Assembly: GCA_918797485.1 (NCBI GenBank)
Contig: CAKKNE010000003.1
Span: 62,001 to 126,000, forward strand
Direction: 5' to 3'
Origin: Pelagomonas calceolata
Lineage: Eukaryota
Length of the DNA stretch: 64,000 bases
Shown one piece after another: positions 55,429 through 64,000 of the stretch (positions are counted from its first letter, which is position 1; each line of letters opens with the position of its first letter). The translations under genes were made by a program, and so were the position numbers. Below the pieces are notes generated by a model that had not been told where the DNA came from, did not search any database, and saw only the letters and a list, made by a program, of their open reading frames with translations.

Positions 55429-57484
55429 ATGGGGAAAGGTGAACGCACGCTCTCTGCGACAAAGATGGACCAGAGCCGCATCCGCGCGGAGAAGGAGAAC
55501 GTAGAATACGTGGAGACATTAGGCGTCCACTGGCGCAATCTCAGCGTGCATTTCAAGGACGTACAGGCATTAGCGCCGTGCTCGGGCGACGTCGAGGCGG
55601 GCCAGGCCGTCGCGCTGATGGGGCCCACGGGCTGCGGCAAGACGTCGCTCTTAAACGCATTAGCTCGGAGGGGCCCGGTCGGCGGTGGCCAGGTTTGGTA
55701 CGGCGACGACCTGGCCTGGTCCTCCGCGTTGAAGCGCCACGTCGCCTTCGTCGAGCAGGACGACCTCGTCTTCGAAGGACTGACCGTTAGAGAAACGTTA
55801 GCGTTCTCCGCGCGCCTGCGACTTCCGGCGGCCTCATTGAAGGAAAAACTGGAGAGAGTCGACGAGACGCTCAAGCTGCTCCGCTTGGAATCGTGCGCCG
55901 AGACGCCGGTCGGCGGCATGGGCGGCAAGACGATCTCCGGTGGAGAGCGCAAGCGGCTCATGGTCGGGCAGGAAATGCTGACGAGACCTAGACTCCTGTG
56001 CTGCGACGAGCCGACGAGCGGCCTCGACAGCGCCACGGCGTGCGTCGTCGTCGAGGCGCTGCGCGACCTCGCGCGGGAGCGGCGCGTCGCCGTCGTGGCG
56101 TCGATTCACCAGCCGTCGTCGCGCCTCTTTCTCCTCTTCGACGAGTTACTATTGCTGCGAAAGGGCGGTCTTACCTACAGAGGCTCGACGGCGGGACGCT
56201 GGCGGCGCCAGCGGGCGCGCCGTTCCACCTGCCGTGCCCTGCGGCTTACAGTGCGCCGGACTGGCTCATGGAGATTGTGGTCGAGAACAAGGTCGATAGT
56301 GATGATGAGAAGAAGCGGGTCCTCGACGAGCGCCACGGCCCCTCAACGCCGCCGCGGACGGAGCCCTTGCGATCGCTGCGGGCCCAGAAGCGGCGCCAGC
56401 GCTACGCCGCGCCGCTCACGGAGCAGATCGCCGTCCTCAGCCGTCGGTCGTGGAAGGCCGTGGCGCCCAAGGTCTTCAAGCGCTCGTCATTATTGCTGCA
56501 CGGCGGCAACGCGACGCTCGCCGGCCTGATGTGGTGGCAGCTCGGCTACAAAGAAAAGGACGTCTTCCCGCGCTACACACTGGCGTTCGCGATACCCATC
56601 GCCTGGATCTTCTTCCCGCTGCTGGACGCGCTGCCCTGGTTCGGCGCCGCTCAAAACATGCTCCGCAAGGACCTGGCGTGCAACGCCTACAGATTAGAAG
56701 CGTGGTTCGTCGTCGACTCGACGATGAATTTGGTGCCCATGTGTGCTCAAAGTTTGATGCATTTGACGGTCGAGAGCTGTGTGGATATCAACCAGTGAGT
56801 TAGGTTGCCGCCATCGAGCAGACGCGGCTACGGAGAAAATATCGCGTCGATGGCGTGGGGCGCCCGAAATTTGATTTCCACACAGATCTTCTATGTGCTC
56901 GCGGGCGTGTCGAGCAACCCGGCGGTCTGGTTCGCGTTGTACGCCGTGCTAGTGGCGTCGTTCCTCACGTTCCAGTCGATCGGCCTCATGTTCTCCGCTG
57001 GAGTAAGTGGAGAGAACGTCGTGACGGTGGCGATGATCTACGTGACCTACGTCTTCCTCTTCACTGGTTTATTTGTGCCCGTCTCGCAGACGGCCGTGCC
57101 GTGGGCCGTCTCGCCAATCTTGATCTACATCCTCAAGCTCTCGGCGGACGCCATTTTTGGGATTGACCGCAAAAATTCAAGTGCGGCAATCCCGACGACG
57201 GCACGCTCTTCCCCGATTCGTGCGGCGCCCGGCGGCGACGGCAAAATCTCGGTGAACGACCCGCGAGGAGTACCACCGACCGACGCTTCACGACGGGCCA
57301 GGCCATCGTCGCGCTGTTCGTCATGTTCGTCGTCGCGCGGTCCGTCGCCTACTTGCTGCTCCGGCGGCGCATGAAGCAGAAGGAGCGAACTGATGATTGC
57401 GTATCAGGACGCTACGCCGACCGCGGAGGCGAGTCCAGGAGGACGTCGCCGTCGCGGGCGAGCCTGGTCGATGTTTCAGTGTGA
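55429..57484 (+). CDS. ABCG half-transporter; one intron, frameshifts, 3' end approximate
   Basis: GPTGCGKT, ISGGERKR, CCDEPTSGLD, SIHQPSS; TMD in ORFs 55998..56798 and 56805..57374. Confidence 0.9.
56769..56885 (+). mobile_element. Introner element (117-nt GT-AG intron; element 56777-56885)
   Basis: TIRs CTGTGTGGATATCAA / TTGATTTCCACACAG, GT exactly 8 nt upstream of the TIR, very similar to 2316-2432; removal deletes an in-frame TGA and gives MHLT-IFYVLAG. Confidence 0.9.
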
Positions 57485-57626
57485 ACTTTGGCTCGAGCGC
57501 GTTCGCGGCGCTATCGTGCGGGGCATCTCGACTCGAGTTCGATGCGCTGCGCGGCCGAGATACGCCCAACTGCTGCCCAAGGCTGCCCAAAGCCGGCTGA
57601 GAGACGCAGCCCTTGTGGAAACGACC

Positions 57627-58133
57627 ATGACGGAGCACGTTACCGTCTGCGACCAGGCCTACGACCCGTCGACGACGCCTAAATACGACCTCCACAGCGT
57701 GAGCAGCCTTACAACGTATCAGCTGCGCCAGGAATTGGTAAGACTGGGCGCCTTCGAGCGCTTCTTCCCGCCAGAGAAAGTACAATATTGCTGCTACGAC
57801 TCGCTTCTCGAGGCGCACATCACGCTGCTGCGCGAGGCCAAGGCGGAGGAAGAGGCGGCGCAGTTCGCTCGTCACAACGCCGAGGTCGAGGCGCGCAAGG
57901 CGCAGCTCGCGGAAGCCAAGGCGGCGCGGAAGCGCGAGGCCGAGGAGCGGTCCCGGAAGCGCCGCGAGGCACAAAAAGCGGCGTTACACGCGGACCACGG
58001 CGACGCCGCGGCCGACGAGCCGTCAAAGCACGACGTCAAGAAATTCGAGATGCCGGCGGCGGAGCCCTTACCGTCGCTCATCCTGCGGTCGAAGCCCGTC
58101 GTCGAGGTCGTGTCTTCGACGACCGGCGAGTGA
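57627..58133 (+). CDS. Hypothetical protein with coiled coil
   Basis: ORF with host-like codon usage from ATG 57627. Confidence 0.55.
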   Translation: MTEHVTVCDQAYDPSTTPKYDLHSVSSLTTYQLRQELVRLGAFERFFPPEKVQYCCYDSLLEAHITLLREAKAEEEAAQFARHNAEVEARKAQLAEAKAARKREAEERSRKRREAQKAALHADHGDAAADEPSKHDVKKFEMPAAEPLPSLILRSKPVVEVVSSTTGE

Positions 58134-58248
58134 TCGCGTCGTGGTGGCTGTGTAATTTGATTGGTACTATTTAGTTTCTTCTGGAGGATGCCGTGTATTA
58201 CGGTGATCGATGGCTCATCTCCTTGGAACGACCGCTGGTTGGCCGCTC

Positions 58249-58278
58249 GCTAGTGTCTTACCTGTACAGGCCGCTAGC
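58249..58278 (-). promoter_or_regulatory. Intergenic CTAG element with 6-nt insertion
   Basis: + strand GCTAGTGTCTTACCTGTACAGGCCGCTAGC. Confidence 0.7.
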
Positions 58279-58508
58279 TAATTCCATCTTGCCGACCGCA
58301 AAACGGCAATAACGCGCGCCAGGCATCATTTGTCTGGCGCGACCCATCAGTACTCGCCATTTCTACAGCCCGCAGCGGCAGAACCTTCAGAGTACTCAGA
58401 GAACTGCTCAAAGGCTGCACTGCACAGATTGCACTCTGTGAGTTTACAGCGTACAGCATCCTGGCGCCAAGCCGTTGCATCCAGCAGCGTAAATTAGTGC
58501 ACCACTCA

Positions 58509-58733
58509 ATGCCGTCGCCGCTACACCTCACCTTCCAAGCGCTCTTCAGCACGATCGGCGCCTACCTCGCACTGCTCTTTCGCGCGACGGCGAGGGTCCT
58601 CTTCGAGCGCGAGCCGGTCGAGTCCGAGGGCGAACCGGAGGCGCTCGACCTGGGCATCCTGCGATTGGACCAGGCCATCCACCAGGCCGACTTTGAACTG
58701 GCGCGCGCGAGGGCCGAGGCCGAGAATCGATGA
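58509..58733 (+). CDS. Small hypothetical protein (74 aa) overlapping the next ORF by ATGA
   Basis: Host-like codon usage, hydrophobic N-terminus, helical acidic C-terminus. Confidence 0.5.
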   Translation: MPSPLHLTFQALFSTIGAYLALLFRATARVLFEREPVESEGEPEALDLGILRLDQAIHQADFELARARAEAENR

Positions 58734-60244
58734 TTGCTATGATCGCTCTCCTCGCGGCGACGGCGACCGCGCTGTCCTCGACCAGCCACCGCATCTACCC
58801 GGGGCGTTTGGGCACCGCGTTCCGCATAAAACAATGCGTACCCCGAGAAGACGCGCTGGCCATCGGCGAAAAAGCGCTCGCGCTGCCGCCGTCCGCCTGG
58901 GCGTCGGACCGCCACGCGTCCTACGCGACCCTCGATACTTCAGCGCACGACGTCGAACCCCAGTTCGATTCGATAGTCTGGTCGCGGGTCCGCGCGCGCC
59001 TGGCTCATTGTTATGAGGTTCCGGAGGCGGCACTGTGCCTCATCGACGCCTTTGTCGTCCGATACGACGCCGACGCCGGCGACGGCGCCGAGCTGGCGCC
59101 GCACCGCGACGCGGGCCCGCTCTCGTTCAACGTGCTGCTCTCGGACGGGTCGGATTTCGACGGCGGCGCGACGACGTTCGTGGACGCCGATTTCGACGGC
59201 GTCGACGAGGATGCGGGCGACGCCGTGCTGCATCCCGGCCAGACGCGCCACGGCGGCCGCCGGACGACGCGGGGCACGCGCATTATTGCCGTGGGATTCG
59301 TGGAAATCGACGGCTTTGAAGTTAACGTGGACGGGTACGACGGCGCCGCGTCGGAGCGCCACCAGCGCGACCTCGGGCGCGCGTCGAACCTCAGAAGGCT
59401 GCAGTCTCGGGCGCTGTGTACTACGTTCGCCAGGGTGTGCGCCGAGGGCGCGGTCGTGCGGAGGGAACGTGAGGCGGACGCCGCGTTCGCGTGCGAGATG
59501 CTCCAGGCCACTCCGACGTCGCGCATCACCGTCGCGGTATCGACGCCGCCGTCGGACCGCGAAACAAATGAAGCATCTGCAGCTCTACGTGAATATGGCG
59601 TCGTGGTGCTCCGGTCGGTCGACGGGCTGCTTGCTGGTGTTCAAAAGGGCGATGCCGTGGCCGCCGTCGAGGCGCTCGACGATCGACTCGCCGGCCGTGG
59701 ACAGGATGCCGCCATTGACGAGCCGACGCTTGCTCGACGGTCGGAGCTCCGCCACGACGTGCGACTGGACGACAGTACGGCGGATCCGCGCTGGTCTGAG
59801 CTCGCTGACCGCGTCGCTGGGATTGCTAGGCGTGTCATAGCCGAGTCGAATCCAGGCGAGTGGGACGTCGCGACGGCGGGCTGCGTCATTTCGCGCCCCG
59901 GCGCGGGCCCTCAGTTGTATCACGCCGACGGCATGGACGAATTCTACAACGCGTTCGTGCCGCTGGTTGACGTGCCCTCTCACCTAGGCCCTACAGAATT
60001 TGCGCTGCGGTCGCACGCGGACGAGCACGCCGTCGCCTACGCGCCGACGCTGGAAGGCGATGATCGATACGAGAAGTGCGCGCCGGAACTTAGAAGAGGG
60101 GACATTGTACTCTTCTCTTATTCGACGCTGCACCGCGGCTTGCCGAACACTGGCGACGCGTCGCGACCCGTCTTCTACGTTACGGTGGCGCCGCCGGGCG
60201 CCGTCGACGCGATCAACTTCGCGGAGGCGCCAGGTGATGCTTAA
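58730..60244 (+). CDS. Tandem 2OG-Fe(II) oxygenase protein (PLOD-like plus PhyH-like domains) with signal peptide
   Basis: FVVRY..PHRD..SFNVLL..FDGGAT..RHGG..GTR; QLYHADG..GPTEF..GDIVLF..LHRGLPN..R. Confidence 0.82.
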   Translation: MIAMIALLAATATALSSTSHRIYPGRLGTAFRIKQCVPREDALAIGEKALALPPSAWASDRHASYATLDTSAHDVEPQFDSIVWSRVRARLAHCYEVPEAALCLIDAFVVRYDADAGDGAELAPHRDAGPLSFNVLLSDGSDFDGGATTFVDADFDGVDEDAGDAVLHPGQTRHGGRRTTRGTRIIAVGFVEIDGFEVNVDGYDGAASERHQRDLGRASNLRRLQSRALCTTFARVCAEGAVVRREREADAAFACEMLQATPTSRITVAVSTPPSDRETNEASAALREYGVVVLRSVDGLLAGVQKGDAVAAVEALDDRLAGRGQDAAIDEPTLARRSELRHDVRLDDSTADPRWSELADRVAGIARRVIAESNPGEWDVATAGCVISRPGAGPQLYHADGMDEFYNAFVPLVDVPSHLGPTEFALRSHADEHAVAYAPTLEGDDRYEKCAPELRRGDIVLFSYSTLHRGLPNTGDASRPVFYVTVAPPGAVDAINFAEAPGDA

Positions 60245-60253
60245 ATTTGTTGT

Positions 60254-61138
60254 TTAAACCTTTAGCCGGAAGGGCTGTGCCCGCCGATGCGCCTCTACGA
60301 ATTTCTCGAGCGTCGTGCCCGTGAGGTACTGCCACACGTAGAAGGCGTTGCCGAGGCCGCCCATGGGCTCGACGAAGGGCGCGATGGCGGGATGCGCGCG
60401 CATGCGTTCGTGCCAGGCCCAGAGCGACGGGTGCCGCCGGAGGTCGTAGCCGCAGAGGAACACCCGTCGCACGGTCGGGAACCAGACGACGTCCGTCAGC
60501 GACAGCGCATCAGCTGCCGTGGACAGAAATTGGGCGCCATTCAATTCATTTTCCAATCCGTCGAAGGCCGCGCGGATCGCGTCATAAGCTTGGACGATGG
60601 CGTCGCCCGAGCAGCCGCCGTTTTGGTTATACGCCGTCCAGAACGCTATCTGCTCCCCATGGTTCTGCCCCTTGCCCTCAATGTTCGCCCCGCGGTCCTT
60701 GTAGAGGGCCAGCCTGTCGTCCGGCACGCGGCCGAGCGCCGACGGGATGCGGAAGCTGAAGGTTAGGGTCCGCATCGCCATGTGCAGCGCGTCCTCGGCC
60801 GAGAGCGCCTGCTCCGTGTTCGCATCTGATAAACGGCGCGTGGGAATCGGTGAGTCCGGGCCGAAGGCGTCGTCTAAGTACTGTACAATGTCGTTCGACT
60901 CGAGTATGACCTTCCCGTCGTGCACCAGGACCGGGACAAGCCCCCGTGGATTGATGCCGAGGAAGTATTCGGTCTTGTTCTCGTGGGTCGTGAGGTCGAC
61001 GTGGTGCAGTGTGCAGCTCAACTCTTTCAAGGCGAGCACTGTCCTTACTTTCTTGCTGCATGTGCTGCTTTCAAAGTGGAAGAGGTGCAGCCCTTCCCAC
61101 TGGAGCACTTCTGTGGTTGTAGGTGTCACGAAGACCAT
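60254..61138 (-). CDS. Glutathione S-transferase-like (GDAP1-like) protein
   Basis: STCSKKVR..INPRGLVPVLVHDGKVILESNDIVQYLD; SLTDVVW. Confidence 0.85.
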   Translation of the reverse strand: MVFVTPTTTEVLQWEGLHLFHFESSTCSKKVRTVLALKELSCTLHHVDLTTHENKTEYFLGINPRGLVPVLVHDGKVILESNDIVQYLDDAFGPDSPIPTRRLSDANTEQALSAEDALHMAMRTLTFSFRIPSALGRVPDDRLALYKDRGANIEGKGQNHGEQIAFWTAYNQNGGCSGDAIVQAYDAIRAAFDGLENELNGAQFLSTAADALSLTDVVWFPTVRRVFLCGYDLRRHPSLWAWHERMRAHPAIAPFVEPMGGLGNAFYVWQYLTGTTLEKFVEAHRRAQPFRLKV

Positions 61139-61245
61139 CGCGGCTGGGAGAGCGGTGCGGAAGTCAAAAGATCAATTGTTTTGGCGCACTTGGGCAGCCT
61201 CGGTCTGCGCAGGTTGTGTGGCAGCCCCAGGATGGCTTGCCGCTT

Positions 61246-61268
61246 GCTAGTGTCTTACATACGCTAGC
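61246..61268 (-). promoter_or_regulatory. Intergenic CTAG element
   Basis: + strand GCTAGTGTCTTACATACGCTAGC between divergent genes. Confidence 0.72.
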
Positions 61269-61487
61269 TCGTCTGTCTGCGAGAAACTGCCGCAGCGGCA
61301 CCGCTGCGCAACAAAGGGGACCGAAAGACGCTTCTATTGTGCATTTCGCTCGGGCGATTCAGCCCTTTTGTTCGGAAACCTCGAGGTTGAGCGACACCAG
61401 CAGACCTGCTCTGCTGGTGCCAGCTGTGCCACCCCAGGGACGCATTCGTGCCCGCCTTGGCACCAGAGCTCGTTAGTCTCCTCAGAA

Positions 61488-62201
61488 ATGGCGCTGCGCG
61501 CAGCCCAAGCACGAGCACGCAAGGCATTGGTCGACCGGGCTGCCGCGCAGAGGCTGCCGGTCATACGAGTGCCGAAATTCCTCGACGACAGCGCGCTCAA
61601 CGCCATCGATGCGCTAGGCAGTGCGCATGCACTCGTGCACGGCCCACCGGTCGCGGCGCGGACGGCGTGGCGGACGCAGTATCTCAACGCCGACGGCCTC
61701 GCGAGAACGCAAGCTGGCGAGCTGCTCGATCGCCTGGTCACATTGGCGAAAGACGTCGACGACGAGCATTTTTCGGGAAATGCCAGAGAATGTGAAACCC
61801 GGTGCGTCGAACTGCACGACTGCGGCGAAGGAGCGGGGCTGGACGATCCGACGCACTTCGACTCCGGAAGTGTCGTCACGCTGGACGTGTGCCTGCGCGA
61901 GGCCGATGCGGGTGGCCGGTTTCAGACTTTGGAAGAGGACGGCTCAACGCTCGAACATGTCTTCGAACGCGGCGACGCGTTAATATTCCCGTCGTACAAG
62001 TACCACGGCGTGTCTCGCGTGGAGAGCGGCCGCCGGCGCGTCCTCGTACTGGAGCTCTGGAACGGCGAGGAGCGCTTTTGCAACCACCGCTGCACGGTGG
62101 CGCGCGGAAATTGTGAATTGCTCCAGGTCGGCGTCGCGGAGCGCGAGCTGAGTAGTCAGGAAGCTGCCTGGGGGCGGCTACCGGCGCGGCGCGCGCAATA
62201 A
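61488..62201 (+). CDS. 2OG-Fe(II) oxygenase
   Basis: HFDSGS..GGRF..GDALIFPSYKYHGVSRVESGRR. Confidence 0.8.
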   Translation: MALRAAQARARKALVDRAAAQRLPVIRVPKFLDDSALNAIDALGSAHALVHGPPVAARTAWRTQYLNADGLARTQAGELLDRLVTLAKDVDDEHFSGNARECETRCVELHDCGEGAGLDDPTHFDSGSVVTLDVCLREADAGGRFQTLEEDGSTLEHVFERGDALIFPSYKYHGVSRVESGRRRVLVLELWNGEERFCNHRCTVARGNCELLQVGVAERELSSQEAAWGRLPARRAQ

Positions 62202-62204
62202 CGC

Positions 62205-62848
62205 GCGCGCCACCATCGGCGAGCACGGCCCAGAGCAAAAACGACGCGCAGCACCCGACCGTCACGCCGACGACGGCGTTCTCCCGGTACTTCTTCTGGC
62301 GCATTTTCTGGATGATCGAGTCGATCGACGGGAGCCGGTCCGTCAGCGACTGCGCCGTGTTTGTAGAGCCCTCGAGGGTCTCGCGCTGCGACGCCAGGTC
62401 CGACTGCGCCTCGTGGGCCTGCTCGATGACGTCGCCCACTCCTCGCAGCGCGTTCGTCGTCGCCTTCCGCTCGCGGTGCACGCCCTTGAGGTGGTCCGGC
62501 CCGCCCTCCAAGTCGACGACGTCGTCCGCGCCCGAAGAGCTTCGCCCGGTCCGCGTTCTTGCGCAGTTGTTTAGCGACGCGGCCGACGTCGGACGAATAA
62601 TCAACAACAACGGCGCGACACCGCTCGACGACGGCCTTGCGCGCCCGGCGACGGCTCGCGCCTCCTCGGCCTGCAGCGAGTCGCGACGCGCCGCCAGCGC
62701 CTTGAGGTGGTCCTCCACCGTCTTCAGGAGCCGCTGCGCCTCGGCGCCGCTGTCGCCGTCGGCCGCGAGCGACGCTAATTGAGGAGGGCGCGTTCCACGC
62801 CGCTTCGATCTTCCTCGCTTGCGCTCGCAGCTGCTCCCAGGACTCCAT
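62205..62848 (-). CDS. GOS1: Golgi Qb-SNARE GOS1/GOSR1-like (frameshifted; stop uncertain)
   Basis: WEQLRAQARKIE N-terminus; LASQRETL..RLPSIDSIIQKMRQKKYRENAVVGVTVGCC..LLW TM. Confidence 0.78.
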
Positions 62849-63091
62849 CTTGTCGAACCGCTCCGCGTCGGCTGGCGTCGGGTTGGCTCCACGTCAGTGG
62901 CGTCAGGTCGCTCCGCGTCGGCGGCGTCCGAGGAGTTTTTGCAGCAGTGGCGTGTCGGTCTATACAGCTGCCGACAGCCGGCAGAGTGCAGCAAGCGCAA
63001 GCCGCTGAGGTTGGGTCTCGGTAGAACGCTTGCGCGTGCCGGAGCCTATGTAGACTGTCCCGTAGCTCTAGAAACTGCCGCCGCGACGCAT

Positions 63092-63114
63092 CTAGCGTCC
63101 TGTAAGACACTAGC
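63092..63114 (+). promoter_or_regulatory. Intergenic CTAG-N14-CTAG element
   Basis: CTAGCGTCCTGTAAGACACTAGC between divergent genes. Confidence 0.72.
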
Positions 63115-63247
63115 CTGGCTCCTTGTCCGGGCGCTAGCGCGGCACGAAAGGCCTACCGCTGGACCGCACCGTTATTTTTGACGTGCCACGAGCTGCGACG
63201 AAACAAATCCGCATCGATTTCACTCACAGACAGTCAGAAAAATCAGC

Positions 63248-63571
63248 ATGGCAGCACAGCCATCCCCAGCACCCGGCGCAGAGGCAGCACCACAGCCACC
63301 ACCGGAACGCGTCAAGCTCCACTTCAAAGCCGTCGGCTCCGCCCCCTTATTACGAAAACCAAAACTCACGGTAAACGGAACAGAGCCGTTCCACGCGGTG
63401 CAGACGTTCCTCGCGAAGCAATTACAATTACCTCAAACGGAGCGCCTTTTCCTCTACTGCGACAGCGCCTTCTCGCCTGTCCCTACCGAGCCCGTCGGCC
63501 ACCTCTACGCCTGTTTTGGAAGAGGCGGCGAGCTCGTCGTCAACTACGCGACGACGGGCGCGTACGGGTGA
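63248..63571 (+). CDS. ATG12: Ubiquitin-like autophagy protein ATG12
   Basis: FKAVGSAPLL..LFLYCDSAFSP..LYACFG..LVVNY..AYG C-terminal Gly. Confidence 0.93.
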   Translation: MAAQPSPAPGAEAAPQPPPERVKLHFKAVGSAPLLRKPKLTVNGTEPFHAVQTFLAKQLQLPQTERLFLYCDSAFSPVPTEPVGHLYACFGRGGELVVNYATTGAYG

Positions 63572-64000
63572 AGCGACGCGGCGTTTGTAAGGTGGCGTTT
63601 ATTCATCCCCTCCTCCAAGGCAGCGGCCTCTTGCGCCGCCTGCCGTTCAAGCAACTTCCGCTTGGGCCGGAGCGCGTCCCGCTTGATGATGAGCTGCTTG
63701 ATCTCCTGGTCGCGCTGGTTGAGGATCGAGCCGAAGAAGGACTCCTCTCCCGCCTTCTCCTCGGCCTTGCGCTCTCCTGCCAAAACTTCTTGGTCGGCTT
63801 TGGTTTTTTCGGCCAACGAGACGCTCGCGCCGATGTTGAAATCCAACAACGTGCGGTCCGCCGCCACGGGCTTCACACCGGCCGTCGCGAGCTGGTGCTG
63901 CACATCACCCAAGCCTCGCCGTCGATAAAGCGCGCGTAGTGGCCCACCATCCTTAAAGTAGCTTTGTCGTCGGGCGGGCGTCACTATCACCGGGCGTCGC
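63544..64000 (-). CDS. Hypothetical protein, 3' part (runs off the window)
   Basis: Open frame with charged coiled-coil character. Confidence 0.5.
   Translation of the reverse strand, partial: RRPVIVTPARRQSYFKDGGPLRALYRRRGLGDVQHQLATAGVKPVAADRTLLDFNIGASVSLAEKTKADQEVLAGERKAEEKAGEESFFGSILNQRDQEIKQLIIKRDALRPKRKLLERQAAQEAAALEEGMNKRHLTNAASLHPYAPVVA

Noticed and set aside
8889..63114. CTAG element as a spliced leader, small RNA or Helitron end
   Set aside because: Occurs in either orientation relative to the downstream gene, similarity stops after ~28 bp, and there is no consistent upstream hairpin or element body

Overview
GC-rich, very compact eukaryotic nuclear DNA, most likely from a pelagophyte alga (Pelagomonas/Aureococcus-like). 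That assignment is inferred from bipartite plastid-targeting presequences, introner-type introns, DUF285 and F-box/kelch genes, and an 'ATLDDIREAVTTLED' family fragment. About 42 protein-coding loci are visible, including a divergent Pol delta/zeta-like B-family polymerase, cystinosin, a class II photolyase-like protein, SLC35B1, PEX19, MsrB, a GT41-GT25 fusion, ClpP, cohesin SA/SCC3, MBF1, EMC2, NFS1, an ABCG, GOS1 and ATG12. Many genes carry frameshifts that are probably consensus errors, so CDS ends are approximate. Two non-coding systems stand out. (1) All nine coding-region introns I can infer belong to one repeat family sharing the core GCGTCGATGGCGTG. The best-preserved copies have TIRs (CTGTGTGGAAATCAA...TTGATTTCCACACAG), a donor exactly 8 nt outside the TIR and remnants of an 8-bp TSD, i.e. 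DNA-transposon-derived introner elements that splice in either orientation. (2) A ~24-28-bp element, (A)GCTAGCGGC(A/C)TGTAAGACACTAGC(A/G)AGC (CTAG-N14-CTAG), occurs about 14 times. It is always intergenic, lies ~90-320 bp upstream of a start codon in either orientation, and was never seen between convergent genes or inside a CDS. It is a candidate promoter or chromatin-organising element that I do not recognise. No rRNA, tRNA or CRISPR array was seen.
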